The notes beneath the pieces were generated by a model. That model was not told the origin of the DNA and did no database searches. It was given only the letters and a program-made list of their open reading frames with translations. From the NCBI GenBank assembly GCA_963803145.1, contig CAWDLW010000024.1:20272-84271 (forward strand): a stretch of DNA of 64,000 nucleotides. The letters run 5' to 3'. The stretch is from Methanotrichaceae archaeon. Lineage in GTDB: Archaea > Halobacteriota > Methanosarcinia > Methanotrichales > Methanotrichaceae. Below, piece by piece: positions 19,980 through 28,450 of this stretch; position 1 is the stretch's first letter; each line of letters begins with the position of its first letter. The translations under genes were made by a program, and so were the position numbers.

Positions 19980-21621
19980 CTATGCCCTCATGACATCAAA
20001 CCGAACCGTTTTGTGCCAAGGCTGATTTTTCCACACAAGCTCCTTCCATTCCTGGGTATCGGATTTATACTCTTGGATGAGATTCGATCTTGTCCAGACC
20101 AATCCATCATTGGTATAAATAAGCTCGATTTTCAAGCTGGGCTCAGGTGATCTTACGGTGACTTTATAATCGAAGCGAGGAGTATTAAGTATAGAGACAT
20201 ATGTCATATTTTTAAACGCTACATCTATATTGGGACCCGTGAACTCTCCTAAGACTGAGTTGTCTGCAACAAATCTATATCTGCCGCTTCCAATTGCTTC
20301 TGCAAAGCTAGGATCAAAGCTGATGCCTGCCCAAGTAAGGGTATTGTTATCGCCATTATAGGTAACGGTGCCCCTATCTGTCCACATATCGCATCTTGGT
20401 GGAGCGGTCTGAAGTTTAACATCGAAACGCGGCTCCCTAGATTCTACCTGTACTGAATAGGTATATGGCGTAAAGATCGTGCCGTTCCTGGGCAGAACAG
20501 TCCAGTTTTTCAGAGCTATCGGAGCCAGGCTCGGCCCGGGATAATATCTCCCAGTACCCTTATATGTGGTTGTTACAGGCACCTCCGCATCCTTATAATA
20601 ACAGCTGAAAAAGTAATTGGACTCCCCTTTTGCGTCTGTTGTGGAGGAAGGTCGGATACCATTCCATGTCAGAGTCTTCCATTGGCTTACATTTTCATAA
20701 CTCAATCTCCCGGCGGAATTATAATTCCCACTGCTCACATCTAGAACATTCAGCTCGACATCGATTGCCTTTGATGAGTTTATATCGATGCTATATGTGA
20801 AGGGCGTATCTGAAGTTCCGTTCTCTGGAGTAACACTGCTGTTCCGATACGCTATTGCAATAGGCCAAAATGGTCCCTGAAAGATCTCTGAATTCGTTCT
20901 TCCTGCGAACTTAAAGTAAGCTATATTGAAGTTGAAGCCCAAAGTTTTATTATCCCATCTTAGAGTTTGGAGTGTATTTGGCGTTGCATATTCTTTGCTT
21001 CCTAGATCGGTCCAAGGACCATTCATCGGAGGGCCCGACAAGAAGGCTTAGTTATCCCATAGCTCCCATAAGACAGTCACTTCGTAGCTATACTGATCCT
21101 CATTGTTGCCTTGTGCTGGATCAACCATTGGGCTCATAAATTCAAAGAAAGGCTTGCATAGTTGAGGATGCCCTTCATAATTCTCAAGTGTGATGCTTTT
21201 CCCAAAAGAGGAGATATGGTTGCACGATACCAAGCATTATCCCAGATACTAGTATCATTTTTATTTTGGACCCAAGTTTTGAAATCGCCTCTGGATAAAT
21301 CTGGAGAGCGGAAGTTTACGTCGAATGTAGTGTAAGTCGTTGAATGAGGATTTACGTTTACACTTTGTGCATCAAATCTTTTGAATACATCTGGATTATT
21401 TATGTCAGAATCCCACATCAAGATTTACAGTGTAAAGCATGTTATAATTAATACCATTATTAATAGGAACAATATAATTGACAGTACTTATTTACATCAA
21501 ACGGTTCTTTATTTAAGCCTGATTGCGCGAAGGAAATTGCATCTTGAGCATTGGAAAGAGGCATGACTAGCAGCAATAAAAGCAACAAAACGTGCATCAG
21601 CGCCGACCAAGAAGAGCCCAT
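19980..21621 (-). pseudogene. Exported repeat protein (~545 aa if intact); 5' third broken by several single-base indels
   Basis: ATG 21621 gives signal peptide MGSSWSALMHVLLLLLLLVMPLSNAQD; fragments 21134-21421, 21048-21233 and 19980-21041 lie in successive frames and share the VxPxxG....(Y/F)xY repeat. Confidence 0.7.
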
Positions 21622-21745
21622 TTTAATTACCACCCTACATATGTGGTAGAATAGGAAAAGTTAGCCTTAATAAGCCTTTGCATTAGAGCTTCCTTAAGGC
21701 TAAAACTATTTGAAAATAGCTGCATTATTCTCTGCGATAATCAAG

Positions 21746-22891
21746 CTAAACTCCCAGTGCCTTGCTTGCAGCCTCGACTCCTGCGCCACGCTCTGCCAGG
21801 CGTCCTTCTTTGGCCAGCACCAGCTCCAGGGTCTGAATGGTCCTGAGGACATCTCCCTGGGAGCAGATGCCCATTGTTCCTATTCTGAAGATCTTCCCTT
21901 TCAGCTTCTCCTGGCCGCCTGAGACTATGACGCCCTGCTTCTTCATGCCGCCTCTGAGCTTATCATCGGTGATGCCCTCTGGCATCTTCATAGCAGTGAC
22001 TGTATTGGAGTAGTGGGAATGCTCGTTAACCGTTGGAAACAGCTCGATTCCAAGTGCCTTTGCTGCAGCCCTCACTGCCTCGGCCTGTTTTGCAGTCCTG
22101 GCTCTTCTGGCAGCGAAGCCCTCTTCCTTTGCCATATGCAAAGCCTCCTGAAGAGCATAGAATAGAGGAACCGCAGGAGTATACGGCGTCTGTGCAGGGC
22201 TTTTTCTTACGCTCTTAAGATGGGCTTTGAGATCAGCATAATAGCTGGCGCTCTTTGCCTGGAATCTCTCTTCCGCCCTAGGGGAAACAGCGACAACGGC
22301 CAGGCCCGGAGGCACAGCCAGGGCCTTCTGTGAGCCAGTAATTGCAATATCGATGTTCCACTCATCCGTCAGGAACTCATTGCCTCCAATAGATGAGATC
22401 CCGTCCACAATGAAGATAGCATCGTGCTTTCTAACAAGCTTGCCTATCTCCTTGGCAGGATTGGTCAGGCCCACGGAGGTCTCATTATGAACCATCGCCA
22501 CTGCCTTTGCTCCATTTTCCAGAGCGTCTTCAACCTTGTCCAAATTGAAGGGCGTTCCCCAGTCAAAGGCTAAGGGTATTGCCTTTCCGTATCTTTCACC
22601 AATCTCAGTGAATCGTTCCCCGAATTTGCCGTTGGATATCGTTATAATCTTATCTTCTCGGCCAATTATGCCAGCGACAGCGCCATCCATACCTACTGTG
22701 CCGCTGCCGGTCATTACCACTATCTCGTTCTTAGTCTCGAAAAATTCCTTCAAAAGCATGCGGCAGTCATCGTAAATCGCTCCAAACTCGCCGCTCCTGT
22801 GGCTGATCATCGGCCTTGACATGGTGCGTAAGACTCTCGGCGCTACCTTGACAGGCCCCGGAATCATAAGAAGTGTATCCTCTATATCCAT
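21746..22891 (-). CDS. Class V PLP-dependent aminotransferase (serine-pyruvate/alanine-glyoxylate type)
   Basis: LMIPGP, GSGT, VHNETSVG, IVDGISS, PLP lysine in GSQKAL, TPYTP, FRIGTMG. Confidence 0.9.
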   Translation of the reverse strand: MDIEDTLLMIPGPVKVAPRVLRTMSRPMISHRSGEFGAIYDDCRMLLKEFFETKNEIVVMTGSGTVGMDGAVAGIIGREDKIITISNGKFGERFTEIGERYGKAIPLAFDWGTPFNLDKVEDALENGAKAVAMVHNETSVGLTNPAKEIGKLVRKHDAIFIVDGISSIGGNEFLTDEWNIDIAITGSQKALAVPPGLAVVAVSPRAEERFQAKSASYYADLKAHLKSVRKSPAQTPYTPAVPLFYALQEALHMAKEEGFAARRARTAKQAEAVRAAAKALGIELFPTVNEHSHYSNTVTAMKMPEGITDDKLRGGMKKQGVIVSGGQEKLKGKIFRIGTMGICSQGDVLRTIQTLELVLAKEGRLAERGAGVEAASKALGV

Positions 22892-22931
22892 GAGATCCCT
22901 CTAATTATACTTTCAGGCAGCCTATATAAAA

Positions 22932-23567
22932 CTAGCCTCTATAAGTATCTTTTATACGCTGCGCCGTGGCCCAGGAGCGTCTTGCACAGGGCGGCAGGTC
23001 TCCCTTATCTTTTACCCAATTTTCTAAAAATTCTACTGTTTCTGGATCTCCTGGGTAACCGCTGCCTATTCTGCAGCCCATCGACTTTTCCAGCTCTCTG
23101 ACAGATTCATCTCTTCTCACCTTGGCAAGAATTGATGCCCCAGAGACAACCTTATGATTCTCATCTGCCTTGTGCTCGGCAACAATTTCCATTGTTGTGC
23201 CGCTGGTGGTTCTTACTCTATCGGCAAACCGTTGTGCATTTACATCACAAGCATCCAATATTGCCCTATCGGCTGAAAGATGCTGCAGTACCTGCGAAAA
23301 GCATCGCACCATTATATCGTTCATAGTCATTGCTTGGCGCAGCTCGTCTATGATTCCAGGCGGGACCTCCAGAATATAGTGATCGCTCGCAATACTGAGG
23401 ATCTTCTTTGCCAAAATCTCCCGTCTAGCTGGCGTGAGCTGTTTGGAATCCCGAACTCCCATGGCTGCAAGATCGAATAGTCTTTCCTCGTCGATAACGA
23501 GACCTGCAATAATCATGGAGCCTACTACAGGTCCTTTGCCCGCCTCATCCACGCCAAGGAGGTGCAT
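22932..23567 (-). CDS. rnhB: Ribonuclease HII
   Basis: GVDEAGKGPVVG, DSKQL, EHKAD, ASILAKV.RD, GSGYP.D. Confidence 0.95.
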   Translation of the reverse strand: MHLLGVDEAGKGPVVGSMIIAGLVIDEERLFDLAAMGVRDSKQLTPARREILAKKILSIASDHYILEVPPGIIDELRQAMTMNDIMVRCFSQVLQHLSADRAILDACDVNAQRFADRVRTTSGTTMEIVAEHKADENHKVVSGASILAKVRRDESVRELEKSMGCRIGSGYPGDPETVEFLENWVKDKGDLPPCARRSWATAQRIKDTYRG

Positions 23568-23665
23568 TGCTGAGCTATTTTCAGTGAATGTATTTCAAGT
23601 GTTCTGAGGTATGCAAATACTAAATAATTTGGCGAGCGCTTAGAAGCACTCGCGCACAGGACGAT

Positions 23666-24349
23666 TCACAGCCGGATGTCGTTAACTGTTATCGTGTTGA
23701 AGGGATACTGAGTATCCACGTAGATGACATCGCCCGTATCATAGATTCCCCAGCCGCCGTTGTTTATGTTTCCATTGGCGTTATAGAAGCTAAGCATTCC
23801 TGGAAGTGTGGTAGTTGGCTTATCGCTATCTAAATCGGAGTCCCTCACTCTGCTTCCGGGAGGATATATCATCGGACCATCCAAGGGATAGCCAGTTATC
23901 CTGATGTCGCCTGCGCTCACTATTCCCGGATTGAGGTCAAGGTATACTGGATCTATGATGCTGTAGGACTTGTCGCCATCCATATCGAAGAACCTCAGCT
24001 CTGCAGCAGGGTAACGATATGTTCCAAATCTTATCAGAGTTTTATCGTGGTCAGGATCTACTGCATTTACCTGACTCCCTGGTTGAAAAGATCCAAAAGG
24101 AGTAACTCTTACATCGTCTTCGCTCACTGTTCCGTCAGCGGAATTTATGTTTATGTAGACAGGATCAGTCGGCTCGAATATGCCATTATCATTTAAGTCT
24201 ATGAAGGCGAACTCAGGTCCAGCATAAAATGGGCTGAGAGCCTTGGCCTCATCAGAATCGCCTAACACTACCTTAGATCCGTATTCCTGTGCGATAGCTG
24301 GCGCTGATAGCAAAAATGCCAGCAGAAGGATTTTACAGATGGATTTCAT
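23666..24349 (-). CDS. Exported protein with repeated Ca-binding-like DxDxxG loops
   Basis: Signal peptide; repeats DLNDNG..DPVY, DMDGDK..DPVY and NANGN..DVIY, each followed by D(V/I)R; paralog at 59860. Confidence 0.75.
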   Translation of the reverse strand: MKSICKILLLAFLLSAPAIAQEYGSKVVLGDSDEAKALSPFYAGPEFAFIDLNDNGIFEPTDPVYININSADGTVSEDDVRVTPFGSFQPGSQVNAVDPDHDKTLIRFGTYRYPAAELRFFDMDGDKSYSIIDPVYLDLNPGIVSAGDIRITGYPLDGPMIYPPGSRVRDSDLDSDKPTTTLPGMLSFYNANGNINNGGWGIYDTGDVIYVDTQYPFNTITVNDIRL

Positions 24350-24560
24350 AATTTTACCCCCATACTTTGCCTTAATATGCTCGAAGTAATTTAACCTTTC
24401 TATTGGATATATATCATTATTACTATCGGAAGATATATTAACGAATATCGATAAGTAATAATGCCGATAGATAATTTTGCATCGCCAAACTTAAGTTTGG
24501 ATGGGAAGGTTTATACACTAGTATACGGTGATTGAGTAATACAACTATACAGTTATATGA

Positions 24561-24635
24561 AGCGGGGTAGGGTAGTCAGGATATCCCGACGGGCTCATAA
24601 CCCGTAGATCAGTAGTTCAAATCTACTCCCCGCTA
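24561..24635 (+). tRNA. Initiator tRNA-Met (CAT)
   Basis: Acceptor stem AGCGGGG/CCCCGCT with A1-U72; anticodon arm ACGGG-CTCATAA-CCCGT with three G-C pairs; T arm AGTAG-TTCAAAT-CTACT; CCA not encoded. Confidence 0.95.
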
Positions 24636-24813
24636 TTGTTCTACCAGCAAATTCGGATCTTGAAATTAATTACTCATACTAATTGGCCTTATCTACAATA
24701 TAACTTGGAAACCATTGCTTATTGGGTCCGTCGCAGCTTGTTGTTTGTTTAGATCTTTTATCTTTCATCAGAATCGAAACCATTAAGGTCTATTTAGCCC
24801 AAAGGATCTTCTC

Positions 24814-25548
24814 ATGACTTTCTCATTCTTCCCGGCCGTCGATCTTCGCGGCGGCAAGTGCGTGCAGCTGGTAGGCGGCGTTCCGGGGACTGAAGTAGTT
24901 TCCCTAGACAATCCTTTGGCAGAGGCCGAGCGCTGGGTTTCAGAGGGGGCAGATCATCTGCATATCATCGACCTTGATGGCGCTATTCAGGGAAAGAGGA
25001 TCAATTCGACCATCCTAAGCGAGATCGTTAGGAATCTCGACATATTCATCCAGGTTGGAGGCGGCATCAGGACAAAAGAGGACGTGAGATCGCTCCTGGA
25101 CTTGGACGTCGATCGGGTGATCCTCGGCACTGCCGCCCTAAAGAATCCCGATATGGTCAAGGAGCTATCTGAGGAATACGGCTCAGAAAGAATCATGGTT
25201 GCCCTGGACGTGAAGAAGGGAAATGTGACGACTGAAGGCTGGCAGAGGTCGCTTCCCAAACAAGCCGTCGATCTCGGCAGGCTCTTCGAGGAAAAGGGTG
25301 CAGGATCAATCCTGTTTACAAATATCGATGTTGAAGGCCAGCAAAAGGGCATAAATATCGCTCCAACCATTCAGCTGATCGAGGCTGTGAAGATTCCAGT
25401 GGTCGCGGCAGGAGGAGTCACGACTATAAATGATGTCCTGGCTCTGAGGAATGCGGGCGCGTCCGGTGCAGTTGCAGGTACTGCAATCTATACAGGAAAG
25501 CTCAGCGTCAGAAAAACTCTGGATGCACTAAGGGGGGCAATAAATTGA
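24814..25548 (+). CDS. hisA: ProFAR isomerase
   Basis: PAVDLRGGKCVQL, HIIDLDGA, QVGGGIR, FTNIDVEG, AAGGV. Confidence 0.95.
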   Translation: MTFSFFPAVDLRGGKCVQLVGGVPGTEVVSLDNPLAEAERWVSEGADHLHIIDLDGAIQGKRINSTILSEIVRNLDIFIQVGGGIRTKEDVRSLLDLDVDRVILGTAALKNPDMVKELSEEYGSERIMVALDVKKGNVTTEGWQRSLPKQAVDLGRLFEEKGAGSILFTNIDVEGQQKGINIAPTIQLIEAVKIPVVAAGGVTTINDVLALRNAGASGAVAGTAIYTGKLSVRKTLDALRGAIN

Positions 25549-26108
25549 GGAAAGGCAAGGCGAATTTCAAGCGTAGAGATTTGCTATCAAGCGTTAGCAT
25601 CGATCTCGATGGCTCAGGAAAAGCCAATCTCTCATCAGGCTCGGCATTTCTAGATCATATGCTGAGTGCTTTTTCTAGAACTGGGCTGATTGATCTGGAT
25701 GCAAAGACTAGCGATGACAGTTATAGCGGCTATAGGGATCTGGGGAACGCCATCGGCCTTGCAATTGATAGCGCTCTCGGAGATCGAGATGGTATCCGCA
25801 GATACGGAAGCGCTACCATACCCATGGATGAATCCCTGTCTGATGTGGCCCTGGACTTCAGCGGCAGAGCCTATATCGTATTTGAGGGAAACTTCAAAGG
25901 CGACAGGATCGGCGATCTTGAGACACAGGAGATAAAGCCGTTCCTTGAGGCCCTTGCTGATGGAGCGCGCATGACTCTGCACATTAGATTCTATGGCGAG
26001 AATGATCACCATAAGGCAGAGAGCATCTTCAAGGCGCTTGGTTTTGCAGTGCGGCAGGCTGTGATAAAGGAAGGCAAAGGCATTCCAAGTACTAAAGGCG
26101 TGATCTAG
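25545..26108 (+). CDS. hisB: Imidazoleglycerol-phosphate dehydratase homolog with a degenerate first metal motif
   Basis: FLDHML, GIRRYG...PMDE, NDHHKAE..FKA and PSTKG present; first DxHHxxED motif replaced by DDSYSGYRD. Confidence 0.8.
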   Translation: MRKGKANFKRRDLLSSVSIDLDGSGKANLSSGSAFLDHMLSAFSRTGLIDLDAKTSDDSYSGYRDLGNAIGLAIDSALGDRDGIRRYGSATIPMDESLSDVALDFSGRAYIVFEGNFKGDRIGDLETQEIKPFLEALADGARMTLHIRFYGENDHHKAESIFKALGFAVRQAVIKEGKGIPSTKGVI

Positions 26109-26319
26109 AGCTTTATATTAATTTTTTGAGCACCCGAAGATAATTCATTATGGACATCTAGATATTTAATGCTTACATTAAAACAGCCAAGGATGAGCTT
26201 CATAATAATGCTGTCGCATTGAATGAGTACATCGAGACAAAGATGAGTATAAAAGGATGAGGAGGCTCCAACTAAATCAAAGAATGAAAAAGGCGCAAGG
26301 CATCAGCGCTTGAAGCTTC

Positions 26320-27570
26320 CTATTTTTTGATCGGCGTTCTTGCAGTTTTTGACTTTGCAGCTGGTGCCATTGGTGCGGCCGGTTTCCTGGGGGCTTTTAT
26401 GGATTTCTTTATGGCAGATACCTGTGCATTGGGCTTGCTTGATGCTAATGCAGCCTTTACGGCTGAAGTTTTTTCTACTTTGGCACTGCTTGAAGCCGAT
26501 GTATCTACTTGGGTTCCCAGATCTTTAGCTTTTGATGCTATCGGCGTCCTGGGTGTCCTTGTGGATTTCTTTGTTGCGGATATCTGAGCTTTGGGTTCCT
26601 GCGATCCGGCCAAACCAGCGGCTGGAACTCTACTTGCCCTTTTGACTCTGGTTTTAACAGATCCATCGTTTTCAGCTGCTTTTATAGAAGGATCTATTGA
26701 GGCATTATCAGTTAAGCTATTGCTGATTTCAGTTGTGTTTAAAGTGGTGGCATTCGCATTAGCTGCATTCATCAGTGCATTAGTAGCATTTATTGAGGCA
26801 TTAGATGTGTTATTTTCATGTGCCTTACTAGAGTTGATATTAGAAACAACCTCAGTAGTTGTGCTCGCTTTTGGTGCAGCTGCACTATAATAAGAACTGT
26901 CGCCTGAAGAGCTGTCGTCCACAGAGCTATGTTCCTCGCTATTGGCGCGGGCCCAATCGACAATTATCCTGGAGCCACCTTTTGCCGTTTTGCTGCCTGA
27001 TTGGACAGATGTTGTATTTGATGAGTTTATTGAGCGCATAGGATTCGGCCATTTGCCTAACTTTTCAGCCTTGGCAAATGCCGCTCTTGCATCATCAAAT
27101 CTCTTCAGTGCAAAAAGAGAGCGTCCTTTGTTATAGAGAGCCTCCCCATCTGATGAGTTCAAAAGCAGCGCTTTATCAAAGCATTTGATGGAATTATCAT
27201 AATTTCCAAGGGCATATAGTGCATTGCCTTTGTACCTCCACGCATTAGCGTTTGTTGAGTTATCGGATATGGCTTTATCGAAGCACACTATTGACTCGTT
27301 ATATTTACCTTGCTCAAGTAATTTCATGCCCTTCTCTTGCCAACCATCTATTACCGCGATGCTCCCTTTGCCCTGCAGGCCGAAGGAAGAACCGTCAAAT
27401 GCTCCTACAGCTCTGTTGGATAAAATATCATATACCAGATATCCGGCCAGAGAGGTTAAAGAGATTAATATTAGGATTATTAGGATGTTATACATCCTTG
27501 AATTGTTTTTCGTTAATGCCTTGCGGATTGACTCCGGGAAGGCACCTCCTGATTCAGCGGTGTCCCTCAT
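26320..27570 (-). CDS. Membrane-anchored TPR protein with a Ser/Asn-rich linker and Lys/Ala/Pro-rich tail
   Basis: N-terminal TM; three TPR-like repeats (WQEKG, AWRYKGNAL, ALYNKGRSL); low-complexity C-terminus. Confidence 0.8.
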   Translation of the reverse strand: MRDTAESGGAFPESIRKALTKNNSRMYNILIILILISLTSLAGYLVYDILSNRAVGAFDGSSFGLQGKGSIAVIDGWQEKGMKLLEQGKYNESIVCFDKAISDNSTNANAWRYKGNALYALGNYDNSIKCFDKALLLNSSDGEALYNKGRSLFALKRFDDARAAFAKAEKLGKWPNPMRSINSSNTTSVQSGSKTAKGGSRIIVDWARANSEEHSSVDDSSSGDSSYYSAAAPKASTTTEVVSNINSSKAHENNTSNASINATNALMNAANANATTLNTTEISNSLTDNASIDPSIKAAENDGSVKTRVKRASRVPAAGLAGSQEPKAQISATKKSTRTPRTPIASKAKDLGTQVDTSASSSAKVEKTSAVKAALASSKPNAQVSAIKKSIKAPRKPAAPMAPAAKSKTARTPIKK

Positions 27571-27741
27571 ACTTAGGAAGTTATTTTTTTAAGTTTATAA
27601 CTTTTACGGTAGAGATAAATTAATAGAGTTATATTTGGTTTTGGGCATTTTGCTATTTTCGAGAGAGTATGTTATCTATTGTATAGATTGCGCCTGCACG
27701 TTTCAGCAAAGTTCAATAACAACTACCGAAAATATGAGCTT

Positions 27742-28395
27742 ATGAATGCCGTTTTGATATTGTCGGGCGGCTTGGACTCGACCACCATGCTTTACAAGAT
27801 GCGATCCGCTGGCTATCACATTCATGCACTGACATTCAACTACGCTCAGAGACATAAGAAGGAGATCGACTGCGCCAGGAATATCACTGGTCTTCTCAAT
27901 ATCCCCCATAAAGTTGTAGATCTGACCCGTATTTCAGGACTTCTAGGTGACAGTGCGCTTCTAGGTGGAAAGGAGGTACCGAAATGCCATTATACGGAGG
28001 ATGCTGCCAGACAGACGATTGTTCCCAATAGAAACATGATAATGCTCTCCATAGCCGCTGGCTATGCTGAGGCACATGAGATTCCCGAGGTCTTCTACGC
28101 TGCTCATAGAAATGATTCAGCAATCTATCCCGATTGCAGGGCAGAGTTTGTAGAAGCAATGATACCCGCCATAAGGTTAGCAACTGCGTGGCACCCTGTG
28201 GAGCTCAGAGCTCCTTTCATTAACATGACCAAGGCAGAGATAGTGAAGTTAGGCATTGATTTGAATGTGCCCTATGAGCTAACTTGGTCATGCTATAGAG
28301 GGGAGGAGAAGCCATGCGGGTCATGTCCCACTTGCATCGAACGCGAAGAGGCATTCGCTCTGAATAACGCAATAGATCCTCTAATTAATGGCTAG
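27742..28395 (+). CDS. queC: 7-cyano-7-deazaguanine synthase
   Basis: SGGLDS, YAQRH..E, VPNRN, YPDCR, TWSCY...CGSCPTC. Confidence 0.95.
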   Translation: MNAVLILSGGLDSTTMLYKMRSAGYHIHALTFNYAQRHKKEIDCARNITGLLNIPHKVVDLTRISGLLGDSALLGGKEVPKCHYTEDAARQTIVPNRNMIMLSIAAGYAEAHEIPEVFYAAHRNDSAIYPDCRAEFVEAMIPAIRLATAWHPVELRAPFINMTKAEIVKLGIDLNVPYELTWSCYRGEEKPCGSCPTCIEREEAFALNNAIDPLING

Positions 28396-28450
28396 GCTAT
28401 GTTATCACGTGTAACTGTGTAATTCCCCGAAAAGGCACAAAAAGGATATA

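Noticed and set aside
26150-26260. Short ORF with an in-frame TAG at codon 4 (possible pyrrolysine readthrough)
   Set aside because: Very short, no recognisable homology and no pyl genes in the window
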